DNA of 64,000 nucleotides from Octopus sinensis (Eukaryota). The DNA lies in contig NC_043003.1 in the NCBI RefSeq assembly GCF_006345805.1, positions 27,776,001-27,840,000 of the forward strand, given 5' to 3'. Positions 41,357 to 55,165 of this stretch are shown here, piece by piece (within the stretch, counting starts at the first letter, position 1; every line of letters begins with the position of its first letter). The translations under genes and the position numbers were made by a program. A model generated the notes under the pieces. The model saw only the letters and a list, made by a program, of their open reading frames with translations, searched no databases and was not told the DNA's origin.

Positions 41357-41909
41357 CCGTATTGCTAAGATTTTAAAAATCCGCAATGTCTATAATTCTA
41401 AATTTAATTTTTTTACAAAATCGAAAAATTAAACAAAACTTTAATTCAAATGAAATTTCCCTGTTTTTTTTTTTCTTTTTCATCGTGTGTAGAACACCAT
41501 TCCGCCAAAAATGTAATTTGATCAACTATTACTAGTGTTGACGCTCCAGTGATTTTGGCCCCAAGTGTTGGGTGACTAGAAAGAAAAGTTGTTTGGCTTT
41601 GCGAATGGTGACAACTCGTCACATGCGACATCTTGAATTTATGAGAGAACGCAAAAAGAAAAATATGAATATGTAAAAAAACAAATTAATATTTTTAATA
41701 ACAATTAACTGAATTCTATGAAACAAGGAGAACATTTGTGATATTGAAATTTATTGATACATATGCCTGTGGGACGTTTACACAAGAAAAGCGTATTATA
41801 AAAATTAAGACAAAATTTAAAATATCAACTATATTTAAGAAGACTCGATTTTAACAGTCAACTCTCTTAATTAAAATAAAATTAGTGCTGATGTTAATAT
41901 AAAGATCTT

Positions 41910-42957
41910 CACCCGTTAACAAAAACAATTTTAAAAACCCAGTCAGATGGGTGTTAACAACTGTGTAGAAAACGAATATGACAAAAACAATTTGCACAAA
42001 CGAACCGGGAGTGGGGGGGGGGCATTCGTAAAATTCGCAAGATCCGATTTTTCCGTCATATCTTTTGGGAAAATGGAAATATATTGATTTTGTTCTAACG
42101 GAATCCCACGTTTTTGATTATGGAGAATCCGAGTCTGAAAAATTTTTTTCAAAAATTGCATTTTCCAAACTTCAATTTAGACTGCGGGATGGCGAGGGAG
42201 GGGAACTTGGGTCGGAGTTTTTCATTAAAAAATTGAAATTAAAATTTGAATTTGTGTTAATTTTTTCCATGTTCTTAATCTCCGTATTTTCCCACGTAAA
42301 TTGGTAGATGAAAAAAAATTCGAAAAACGTTACAAAAAAACAGAAAACACTTTAATTTCACGTAAATTACTTTGTCATACATATTATTGCGGGAAATTAA
42401 TCTGAAAGAAATCTTTGCAGAAAGGTGAGTAGATTGTCTTTCATTATGTCATCAATTTTGTGAGATTTAGCTGTTATTTATAGCATGTGGATAGCCTGCT
42501 TGAAGGCCAATATCGTAGAATTGGATGGGGAAGGGGTTGGGGTATACATATGTTTTTTTTGTTGAAAAATTAAAATTTTACAAATTTTTTTTGAGAATCG
42601 TCTTCTTCGTATTTTTCTACGTATTTGGAAAAAAAAATCCAGAAAAAGTGAAAAACGAAGGGGGTGGGATGTGGATTCGATATTTGAAAAAAATTTTCAG
42701 AATTGGATCCTCCATAACCAAAAACGTGGGATTCCGTAAAAAAAAAAAAAAAAAAAAAAAAGAAAAAAAGCAATACATATCCATTTTACCCGAAAGTTAT
42801 GACGGAAAAATCGGATCTTGTGAATTTTTCCAAAAGTCCTCTCCCTCTCCTCAGGTTCGTTTGCGCAAATTTTTTTGTCATATTCGTTTTCTACACAGTT
42901 GTTAACACCTAGTGGGCTGTTTAAAAAAATTTTTTTTTCAGTTTTTGTTAACGGGTG
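41910..42957. mobile_element. Non-autonomous DNA transposon with long imperfect TIRs
   Basis: cacccgttaacaaaaac..gtgttaacaactgtgtagaaaacgaatatgacaaaaa is mirrored at 42880-42957; no ORF. Confidence 0.65.
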
Positions 42958-44264
42958 CCGCACTATTACCGCGTGTGACAGTAGAGGTGAATGCATGTTT
43001 ATAAAAAGAAATATTTTTTGGTATAATTAAGATATTGTGTTGTCGAAAGAAAAAAACAGCATTAATTTAATAATTTCTAGGGGCTAATGCAGATTCGCAC
43101 CTCACCTTGAAAAATGAATATTTTTTGAAAAAGTTTATTCGGATTCCTAAGTCGGAGATTACGGATAAGTAAAAACATAAAAAAGTTTTCCAAAATTTTA
43201 CCCCCGCTTCCCCAAATTGTAAATGTATTGTTATATATTGAAGTGTGGAAATTTCATTAAACCAGGTATGTAATTGTCACTTTCTATATTCGCTTGGCTA
43301 AACTGTAGAAATCGTTGTTTCAACATTGTTGCTAAAATGCCCGTATTTTTCCACGTTACATACCTGCTTTAATGAAATTTCCACACTTCAATGTACAATA
43401 CTTTTAAAATAGGGATGCGGTGGGCAGCTTATCAACGATGTGTTAATTTGTTTTATTGAACATTTTGTGTAGCAACAGTCAGTAGTTTAGCCTACTAGAA
43501 AGTTCTGGCGTGCATCGATGTGTATAAAGTCTGTGTTAATGTACATATGTAAGGGAATAAAGAGCATGTAGATATCACCTACGTGAGTTTTCACAGAATA
43601 GAACTGGAAAGAGAAAGTGAGGTGTTTGTATACACGTATGTGTATGCATATAAACTTTATATACATAATATAGACAGATGGATTTGTGTGTGTATATATA
43701 TATATATATATAATATATATATATATATACACGTATATATATGCATATGTATAAGCATACATATATATGTTGCGTATGGGCATATGTTTGTATGTAAAAT
43801 AGGTCGTGTGTTTATATATAAATGAAAAAATATTTCAATAAAGAATTCACCAAGAGCATTTTCTTTTCTTTTCTTCATTTTCATCCATTTCTTTGTCCTG
43901 TCACTTACGGAAGGCCGAAATATTTGAAGAGAGTATGTTGTCAGAGTTAATATTTTAAGAAATTATATTGCAAGAATCTATCATGATTTTGTCCGCATAT
44001 TATTGATTGAATGGCAGTCTTTTAATGACCTGTTTTGTAAATAAATCCTGATTAGCAACTTGTCCTTGATACATGTTTTAAGCTGAAACTCCAATATCAG
44101 CGTATAATTAATGGAGAATATCTAGTTGTTGAATATGGTTTGAGATAAGGTTGGGAAACGCTTCTTTTCGTCGGACTCTTTAAAAACTTGATAAAACATT
44201 CGAAGGAATCTTGGTGCCACATGGCATGCTGCTTTATGTCGCAGAACGAGAACTATTTCATATC

Positions 44265-44585
44265 TTAGTCACGGAACAATATACTCAAACCGTCAGTCTT
44301 TGTTGTCATCTTGGGAACAAAATCACCTTTTTTTAGAGAAACCGGAATCTTGAAATTTTGTTGACTTTTTTCAACTTCTTTGTATGCATAAAGTCTCCTG
44401 TTGTCGGAGCTATAGCATTTCCCGTTTTTTTCGTAAACGTCAATAGGTGGGATGTTGGAGGGCGATTTCTTACCCGTTTTAATATCATCAATAAAATTTG
44501 ATATTGGTGTCCCGTCTTGAAAAGTGCGCTTAATATCATCTTGAGAAAAACGGATCTCACTTGGTTTCATTGTAGGGTGAGCCAT
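44265..44585 (-). CDS. 106-aa single-exon protein, ParB/sulfiredoxin-like (polymorphic-toxin-like) domain; paralog A
   Basis: Intact ORF with an in-frame TAA at -9 and agcATG context. Motifs IRFSQDDI..F and IDVYEKNGKCYSSDNRRLY. 48/101 aa identical, gapless, to 62716-63030. Confidence 0.8.
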   Translation of the reverse strand: MAHPTMKPSEIRFSQDDIKRTFQDGTPISNFIDDIKTGKKSPSNIPPIDVYEKNGKCYSSDNRRLYAYKEVEKSQQNFKIPVSLKKGDFVPKMTTKTDGLSILFRD

Positions 44586-45109
44586 GCTGGTTTACAAATA
44601 TCAACTTCGTATCCAATGAAGAAGTAATTGTTATGGGTAATAAGAATGAAAATCTTTTGGTCAGTATATAACTAGTGATTTCTCTATTTGACGGAGAAAA
44701 CAGTTTTAAAAATGTAGAATCAAATTTTATATTCACGTCAGTAGATAGCCGGTCCTTATTTTAACGAATCGGATTAATGGAATTCAAAGAAAGTTGACAG
44801 ACTTGTTTAATCTTGGACAATATCCGGAAGTATCGAAACGTGTTCGTATAGACAAGTGTTCTGTGGTGACTCGATTGTAGGCGAAGTTCAGTAAATATAT
44901 ATTGTAGTGGTGGAGGTGGTTGGTGCGTAGGACAGGTTCATTTCTCGGAAATAAATGTGAAACAGTTTTTCAAGGAAATTGAAATGGAAGTAAATATTTT
45001 GTATTTCCTAACTTATCAGGACGTATTCTGAGAAAGAATACTTAAAGATAACTTGGTATATGCGTTGGTGGGGGTGCATGGCTTCAAAATCTTTGATTCA
45101 TATATATAT

Positions 45110-45156
<47 letters not shown>

Positions 45157-46215
45157 GTGTGGGGGAGAAGACGAATCTTCTACCCTACACCTTTTATTTA
45201 CTTCTTTATTTACGCCTACCTCTGTAACGGTCTTAGCTTGCCTTTGGTTTTAAATATAACTGACCAATTGTAGAGATGGCTGGACTTCGGTCAATTCTAT
45301 CATGGACAACTGGTGGTTGGTCTCTAGAATATTTCAATAAGTACACTATTATAAAAACTTTACGGGTTTATATTTGGATAAATATCAATTAGCTCTATTT
45401 ACGAAATCACAAGTACTATCCTTTTTCTAGACTTATTGGCGATTCCTGTTTTACTTTAGCACTTGTTTTATTTTACTATTATTTATACACCCTGGTACCC
45501 CTATAAAAAAAACATAACCCACAAATTATTTCTCTAGATTATTTGCTAGTTTACTCTTTTTCCCATCAACTTCAAGCTTCACACAGTAAAATGGTATGAT
45601 TCTAATATATTGAGCCTTCTTGCCTCATCTTGAGGTCCTATTTTTCCCTGTTCGCTTCTCTTATTTTATGTATTTGTATTCACTCTGATGAAGCTCTTCC
45701 ATGCACTAGATCGAATGTGCAATAAAGATGACGAATATTATTTTCGGAATTTTCTTTGTAGGCACCGACTGATATTGGTAGCCGAAACGGCCGTAAGCAA
45801 TGTTAAGTTTTGTATTAATTAACCGATGTTGTTCAATTTGTTTGTTTGTTGATCAAAAGTTTTCTCCATTTTCCGCTTATTTTAAGTTATATATACTAAC
45901 AGAGATACCCGGCCTTGCTCGGGATTAAAATGGCATAGATTTTTATTGTTTTACTTGTTTCAGTCATGTGACTGTGACCATGCTGGAGCACCGCCGTTAG
46001 TCGAAGAAATCAACCACAGGATTTATTCTCTGTTAGTGTCTTTTACCAAACCGCTAAGTTACGGGAATGTAAACACAGCAGCATCAGTTGTCAAGCAATG
46101 GTGGGGATATAAACACAAGACATGCACACACATACACATATATACGACAGTCTTCTTTCAGTTTTCGAGTACGAAACCCACTCACAAGATTTTAGTCGGC
46201 CTGAGGCTATAATAA

Positions 46216-46255
<40 letters not shown>

Positions 46256-47172
46256 AATAAATAAAATATATGCATATATACATACATATATGTACATACT
46301 TACATCTACATGTATATATACAAGCATATATATATATATATATGTGAGTACAGGACACCACAAATAAACGTAGAACACAACGAGAAACGAAAACAAAATC
46401 AAACAAGGAAACGGACTTTTTTTAACAACGAAAAAACAGAGCACAGGACAAACAATACAAGGAAAATTCCCCTTCATCAGCTGTCCCTGGTTCGGCTTAA
46501 TGCGTGTTTCGAAGGTAAGGACAGAACAGGGCCAGGCCGAAGCAGTCCTTCATGCAAAAGGAATTAAATAAAATTCTTTTGCAGAGGGGTAAAACAAGTG
46601 ACAAGAACAGGACGTAAAAGCAATACAAATGAAGAAAAGACAGTAGAAAAAACAGTACAAATAAGGAATAACAGGACAGGGAACCAACAAAAAGGGCATT
46701 TTTTTAGGCCTAGACGGTGGAAAAATTAGTTAGAAAGCATGTGAAAAATCGGCTTGCGGAAGACAGGGAAGTCGGTCTATGCTTGTGGAAGGCACGGAGC
46801 TGAAAGAAAGTTTTTAGTAGCGCTCTGGTCAACGAACCAGAGAGGAGGAGGAGAGAGAGAGAGAGGGGGGGAAAGAAACCAGAAAGGGTGAAAAATAAGA
46901 AGGAGAGAGACAAGTAGAGAGGAAGACAGACAGGCTGGGAGGAAAGGTGAAGTAAAGAGTAAGAGTGCGAGTCATGATTATTCAAATAAAAACTTACTTG
47001 GAAAAGCGAAACGAAGAGAAACGACGCGTGCGTTAGTTCATATAATAACAATATAATAAATAAAATAAATAAATAAGATATATGCATATATACATACATA
47101 TATCTACATACTTACATCTACATGTATATATACAAGCATATATATATATAAATGTGAGTACAGGACACACAC

Positions 47173-48112
<940 letters not shown>

Positions 48113-48119
48113 ATATATG

Positions 48120-48174
<55 letters not shown>

Positions 48175-48511
48175 AAAGATGAGAATGTCTGTATGTCTGT
48201 ATGTTTATCTGTGTGAATCCCTAAAACTCGAGAACTACACAACCAATTTCATTCAGATTTTGCATATGCCTTAACTTAAGGTCCATGTAGTATCATAGGC
48301 CAAAAAAACTTTTAACTTCTTGCCTAGTGCGAGCCTAGAGTAATATCATATCTCCTTCACTATTTCAGTATTACGTGTCAAAAGTGAAACAATAAGATCT
48401 CTATTGTAATGTCAGATACTTTCACTTTAATAGTTTCACTTTAATACTGAAGCTATTAAAGTGAAACTATAATCTCACATATATACAGTCATACATACAT
48501 ACATACATACA

Positions 48512-48542
<31 letters not shown>

Positions 48543-48569
48543 TATGTATGTATGTATGTGTATATATAT

Positions 48570-49494
48570 AGACCCAGGAAAACCTGGGACGAGGTGGTGA
48601 AGCACGACCTTCGAACTTTAGGCCTCACTGAGGAAATGACCAGAGACCGAGACCTTTGGAAATATTCTGTACGTGAGAAGACCAGGCAGGACAAGTGAGC
48701 CCAGCCCACTTATGAATGCCTTTCCTCCCTTGGACACAAAGACCGGTTGAGGCAAGCGAAGTCGATATAGAACCTCATCCGACGACAGACACCCATGCCA
48801 ACCCCCCATGCTTCGAAAATTGAAATCGAAACTGAATTGAACCAGCCAGGATCCCTGGCCTGGTGGTACGTAAAAAGCACTATCCGACTCGTGGCCGTGG
48901 CACGTAAAATACTCCAATGCGACCGTACGACAGGCACCCATGCCACCCCCTTTGCTTGTGAAGACATGTTGGGGCAAGCGAAATCGAATCGAATTGAACC
49001 AGCCAGGATCCCTGGTCTGGTGGTACGTAAAAAGCACTATCCGACTCGTGGCCGTGGCACGTAAAATACTCCAATGCGACCGTACGACAGGCACCCATGC
49101 CAACCCCCTTTGCTTGTGAAGACATGTTGGGGCAAGCGAAATCGAAATCGAATTGAACCAGCCAGGATCCCTGGTCTGGTGGTACGTAAAAAGCACTATC
49201 CAACTCGTGGCCGATGCCAGCACCGCCTCGACTGGCTTCCGTGCCGGTGGCACATAAAATACACCAATCTGACCGTGGCCGTTGCCAGCCCCGCCTGGCA
49301 CCTGTGCAGGTGGCACGTAAAAAGCACCCACTACACTCACGGAGTGGTTGGCGTTAGGAAGGGCATCCAGCTGTAGAAACATTGCCAGATTAGACTGGAG
49401 CCTGGTGCAGCCTTCTGGCTTCCCAGAACCCCGGTCGAACCGTCCAACCCATGCTAGCATGGAGAACGGACGTTAAACGACGATGATGATGATG
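48570..49494 (+). mobile_element. RTE 3' end / RTE-tailed SINE-like element with internal ~158-bp tandem amplification and (GAT)n tail
   Basis: PRKTWDEVVKHDLRTLGLTEEMTRDRDLW; tail CATGCTAGCATGGAGAACGGACGTTAAACGACGATGATG. A related tail lies on the minus strand at about 55165-55480. Confidence 0.7.
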
Positions 49495-49497
49495 TAT

Positions 49498-49555
<58 letters not shown>

Positions 49556-49617
49556 TATGTATATATATATATATATATATAATGTATGTATGTATATATA
49601 TATATATATTATGTATG

Positions 49618-49660
<43 letters not shown>

Positions 49661-49772
49661 ATATATATATATATTATGTATGTATGTATATATATATATA
49701 TATGTATGTATGTATATATATTATGTATGTATGTATGTATATATATATATATATATTATGTATGTATGTATG

Positions 49773-49811
<39 letters not shown>

Positions 49812-49990
49812 TTACATCTGCACAAATGTATATATATTTATATATATGTATATGTATACATGTTTATATATAGATGTATATATAGATATAGATGTATATG
49901 TATACATGTAAAATGTGTAGATGTATATATATAGATGTACATGTAATATGTACACATATATACACATATAAACATGCATACATATATATA
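49495..49990. repeat. (TA)/(TATG) microsatellite
   Basis: Directly visible. Confidence 0.95.
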
Positions 49991-50158
49991 TACCCCTCAC
50001 ACACACATATACATAGGTGCAGGTGTGGGTGTGTAGTTAGAAACTTGGTTCCAAAACACATGGTCCTTGGTTCAGTCCCACTGTGTCTTCTGCTATAGCC
50101 TCAAATCAACCAAAGCCTTGTGAGTGAATTCATAGACAGAAGCTGAAAGAAATCAATA

Positions 50159-50201
<43 letters not shown>

Positions 50202-51003
50202 ATATATATGTGTGTATGTGTATGCCTTTGTCTCTGTGTTTCTCCCTCATCACTGCTTCACAACTGCTGTTCGTTTATTTACATCCCCATAACTTACTAG
50301 TTTGACAAGAAGAAACTGATAGAATAAGTACCAGGCTTATAAAAAGAGCAGTAGGCAGTGTCTCATATTTTTGTTTGCCCACTCAGTTGTATCTATCAAT
50401 CTATTCTTTTGTATGTATATATATATATATATATACGAGCAACCCCACCCCGTCCAATGGACGGTGCTGAATCATATCTGCTGAATAAAAAGCAATCAGT
50501 GTTTTCTTTCCATTAAAAAATAATTAAGCATGCCTTTATTTCAATAAAATTTTTGATTTTGTTAAACGAAGTCAAGGCAAAAAAAACAAAAAAACTTCTT
50601 GAGAAACCAAATAGTCTTTCCTTCCTTCATCCCAAGTTTGAAGAAAATATCTCTTTTGCATCTTACTTTTTTGGTCTCTTAAATATACTGCATTTTGTGA
50701 CATTATTTCAAGCCAGCCGGCTTTTTTGCGCAAACTGCATGTGCATTTTTCTTGCATACGTGTAGTATCGATCGCAACAGCTAATGTACTTGTGTGTACA
50801 AATGCACGTTCCCACGGCTTTATCGATCACATTCTCACCTGGAATCGATTTTTGTAATTTTTTCAAGACTTACACACCCTGATACCGTCGGTATCTACAC
50901 ATCAAATTTGAGTGCAATCAGATGGAGGATGCCCTAGATCCTAGAAGACAAACACACAGACAGACAGAACGGATTTATATAATAGATGTATAATATATAT
51001 ATA

Positions 51004-51056
<53 letters not shown>

Positions 51057-51316
51057 GACTACTTGGTGTAATTGATAATTATTCCAAATTAATTAATTTC
51101 ACCCTTCATTATTACGGATAACCATATTTTATCTCAGTAGATGACCACAGCATCTTGTTTTGGCTACACGCGGGTGGGAGAGGGCTGGTGACACAATCTT
51201 TTCATTCACGCATTGAATTTAGTGATACTAGTTGCGGACTCTAGCTCGCTCTGATACTGAGTTGAGTTGGTGCCTTCTAGTATCTCAAAATTCAATATAT
51301 AATCATTTATGATTAT

Positions 51317-51427
51317 AGTATTCTACGCTGAAGAGAAAAGAAGTTTTTGGTAAGATGGAATTATTTAATATTTAGTTCTTATGCTTTCCTAAAAACTTGA
51401 TTTCGAAACGTACGTCCGTAGATAACT
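51317..51427 (+). ncRNA. Type I hammerhead ribozyme, predicted cleavage after 51416
   Basis: agt-at-tctacg-CTGAAGA-gaaa..tttc-GAAAC-gtac-GTC-cgtaga-ta-act. Confidence 0.85.
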
Positions 51428-51910
51428 TAAAATTGTATGATAGATTGCAGTCAATTCATTCTCTCTTACCTGTTTGTGTCTGCCTTCCAATTGCTGTTTT
51501 TACTGAGATCTCCCTTTTTAGTAGAAGAAATAGCTATAACTCTTTGACTGCTATTTCTAAATTCGGTATGTGGTAAAGCAATTCGTTGCTAAACCCTTTA
51601 TTGCTTAGTATTACTTAAAGTTTCCTCGTATGAGGCTTTTACATGCCGAAGACTACTTGGTGTAATTGATAATTATTCCAAATTAATTAATTTCACCCTT
51701 CATTATTACGGATACCATATTTTATCTCAGTAGATGACCACAGCATCTTGTTTTGGCTACACGCGGGTGGGAGAGGGCTGGTGACACAATCTTGTTCATT
51801 CACGCATTGAATTTAGTGATACTAGTTGCGGACTCTAGCTCGCTCTGATACTGAGTTGAGTTGGTGCCTTCTAGTATCTCAAAATTCAATATATAATCAT
51901 TTATGATTAT

Positions 51911-52021
51911 AGTATTCTACGCTGAAGAGAAAAGAAGTTTTTGGTAAGATGGAATTATTTAATGTTTAGTTCTTATGCTTTCCTAAAAACTTGATTTCGA
52001 AACGTACGTCCGTAGATAACT
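51911..52021 (+). ncRNA. Type I hammerhead ribozyme, predicted cleavage after 52010
   Basis: Same core and stems as 51317-51427. Confidence 0.85.
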
Positions 52022-53270
52022 TAAAATGTATGATAGATTGCAGTCAATTCATTCTCTCTTACCTGTTTGTGTCTGCCTTCCAATTGCTGTTTTTACTGAG
52101 ATCTCCCTTTTTAGTAGAAGAAATAGCTATACTCTTTGACTGCTATTTTCTAAATTCGGTATGTGGTAAGCAATTCGTTGCTGGCTAAACCTTTATTGCT
52201 TAGTATATATAATATATATTCTATAATACACACACCCAATATATTATACATGTAGTATATCTGATATCTCATCTATTATATAAAAGTCAATGTCTTTATG
52301 TGTGTTAGTGTGTTACTTATACATTCGAAAACTGCTGCACCGATCCTAATGAAATTTGGAACCCAAAATCCAAGCCTAGGGAGAAGGGTAATGCTGTATG
52401 TTTCATACAATTTCATGGACCAAAATTACTGAATGGATCCTTATATTTGGAACTTAGATTCAATGCGTAAGGGCGGATATAATGCAGTATGTTTGGTTTG
52501 AATCTGAGATGGCTTAAAGGGGGAAGAACCCCCATGAAAATTCATAAATTTTCAATGTTGATGAAATTTCAACCATGGGTAATTGACACACATCAAGAAG
52601 TATTCTCAAAGTTTCCACTTCACATGAGGATTCTAAGACCTCCTAATGGGAGCCTTAACTCCCAAATTTTAGTCATTTCTTTTATGATCCAAAACTAGGT
52701 CAAAAGTACTGAATGTATCTTTATGAAATTTGGAAATTATATTCTATGCATAAGGACCATAACCCCCATAAAACTTCCTATATTTTTGCTGTTGATGAAA
52801 TTTTAACCATAGATATTAGACACATATGAGTTTGAAAGACCCCTTCATTGGGACTTAACACCCACAATTTAGTCATTTTTCCTAAGAAAAGACGAATACA
52901 GTTGTACTCTTGGAAGCTGTAGGGTCACCTGAGCATGCATGCATGCATGTGCATATGTATGTATGCTTTCTTTTAATTTAGTGTTGATTGAATTTCTAAA
53001 TGTCTCTGACGATGAGCAATAGACTCAGAAACATATGTCTTCATGTGCCTTGCCCCGGCTTGCGGGGGGGGGGGGGGGTCATTGCCTCCCCTTTGCAAAT
53101 ATAAGGACACAGAAAATGTGTCAAAGCCGACAGGACACGTCGATGTTTCCTAGGGCTAGATGGTGGTGGTGTAATTCCCTCACGGGACTGTCACATTGAG
53201 TTGACAGTATACGACCACTATATCGCTTCACCACCGCTTATGTCTCTCTGAGACATTTAGAAATTCCATA

Positions 53271-53313
<43 letters not shown>

Positions 53314-53373
53314 ATATATATAAAGCAATAATAAATCTCTGAACGAGATGTAAACAGTAACTGCACGACAATG

Positions 53374-53673
53374 TGAGGTATACTAGCCATCTCAATATGG
53401 CTAACCATTAAGGGTGGGTGTTATTGTAACTTGTAGCCCCAGAAGAACATCGTCTCCAGCTGTCTTTAGGCACACTTTCTGTGCCCTTATGGTATTTGCA
53501 AAGGGAGGTCATCCCTCCCTCGTCAACCTAAGTGATACGCACGGACTGCAGTTTCTAGGACTGCACAGAAAGTGTGCCTAAAGTCAGCTGGAGACGATGT
53601 TCTCCTGGGGCTACAAGCTACAGTAACACCCAACCTTAGTGGTTAGGCATATTGAGATGGCTAGTATACCTCA
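53374..53673. mobile_element. 300-bp foldback/MITE-like element with 111-bp arms
   Basis: 53374-53484 is a near-perfect reverse complement of 53563-53673. A diverged partial relative lies at about 53060-53160. Confidence 0.75.
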
Positions 53674-53795
53674 TATTATATATATAAATATATGTAAAAA
53701 AATACAAACTGGGACAAGAACGCAAAACATTTAGAAGACGATACAAAAAACATGGACGGGACATTCGAAGCCTTCAATCTTCAGTCAATATATAT

Positions 53796-53856
<61 letters not shown>

Positions 53857-53923
53857 AAATAAGCAACAAGAATGACTCCAGTAATTATTTATATATATAT
53901 ATATATTATATACATATATATAT

Positions 53924-55093
53924 AAGAAGTTTGAAAACGCCACTATATAAGATAAATTTTAATTTTCTTAAAAATTTTACATGTTTCGGCTCTTCTTGAA
54001 AAAACGAACCTTATCAGAAATATTTGAAAAGTTAGGTGTAATAAAAAAGTTCATAATTATTTCTTACTAGTCTCAACAGAATCCACGTGGTGGTTTTTTG
54101 TCTTATGTGTTGACTAAAGTTAGGGAAATGAACAGTGGCCGAAATAGCAGTAGCAGCAGTGACTGTTGGTCGTAGTAGTAGTGACCGTGATGGTGGTGAT
54201 TGGTGTTGCAGCAGTTCATTGGCTGTAGTAGTAGCAGCAGCTGTGGATGGAGTTGTGGTAGCAGTTCGTTGGCTGTAGTAGTAGTAGCAGCAGCAGCAGC
54301 AATGAAAGTGACCGTTATCAGCAGCAGTGGAAGACTGTTGATCGTAGTAGTAATACTAGTGACCATGGTGGTTGTAGTAGTAGTAATAGTAGCAGCAGTA
54401 GTAGTGATCGTGGTGGTTGTGGTAGAATTCCATTTTTTTTTTCGGAAGACCTATATATTGTTTTAATGTTCCTGGCCAAGGGTGTTTAAACTTGTTCCGA
54501 ATTTTCTAATATAATAGAGTTCTTTATTTTGACGTTGAGTGAAAGTTACGTTGTAACTGAATTGGTAAAGTGGGAAAGTTGTGAATTTGGGATTTTTATT
54601 TGAAGTACATCTATCTATGTGTCCGCTAACCCAAGCTAAACTGCACTCAACAACAACCACAAAATCAGCAGTTAGAAAATGTGGAAAGCCCAACTGCGGA
54701 ATCTGTGTCATCTTAGTAGAAGGTTCAGAATACACATTAGAACAAGACCATCATTTTACCATAAGAACAAACTTCACCTGTGCATCAGAAAACTTAATTT
54801 ACATATTAATATGCGCAGGGTGCCATAGGCAATATATAGGCCATACAAAAAACAGCCTACGAAAAAGTATGGCAGTAAATAAATCCTAAATTAGGAATCC
54901 TGAATACAGGAAAATACCCGTCAGCGGACATGGATTCTGTTGAGACTAGTAAGAAACAATTATGAACTTTTTTTATTACACTTAACATTTCAAATATTTT
55001 TGATAAGGTTCGTTTTTTCAAGAAGAACCGAAACATGTAAAATTTCTAAGAAAATTAAAATCTATCTTATATAGTGGCATTTTCAAACATCTT
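53924..55093 (+). mobile_element. Penelope-like element remnant: GIY-YIG fragment between ~170-bp inverted repeats
   Basis: KCGKPNCGIC..FTCASENLIYILICAGCHRQYIGHT..LRK at 54660-54890. 53924-54090 mirrors 54930-55093. Confidence 0.8.
54996..55045 (+). ncRNA. Minimal type I hammerhead motif, U3-A8 core variant
   Basis: attt-TTGATAA-ggttc..gaacc-GAAAC-at-GTA-aaat. The mirror copy at 53972-54021 reads CTGATAA. Confidence 0.5.
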
Positions 55094-55134
55094 TTTTATA
55101 AATATATACCCACTCGTATACCACCTACACTTAT

Positions 55135-55165
<31 letters not shown>

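Larger units (their letters stand above)
51054..52205 (+). repeat. 594-nt tandem repeat (about 1.9 units), each unit with a hammerhead ribozyme
   Basis: gaagactacttggtgtaattgat occurs at 51054 and 51648. The copies differ mainly by small indels. Confidence 0.9.

Noticed and set aside
44265-44585. Bacterial contamination or prophage as the source of the toxin-like ORFs
   Set aside because: Both ORFs are embedded in host SINE and microsatellite DNA, with host-like low GC, no operon or neighbouring immunity ORF, and duplicated non-coding flanks.
45680-45803. Hammerhead-like CTGATGA...GAAAC-ggcc-GTA
   Set aside because: The first stem II pair is A-C and stem I pairs poorly; probably a decayed copy.
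48618-49460. 280-aa ORF with internal repeats
   Set aside because: It is the antisense of a tandem-amplified retroelement tail and has no recognisable protein motif.
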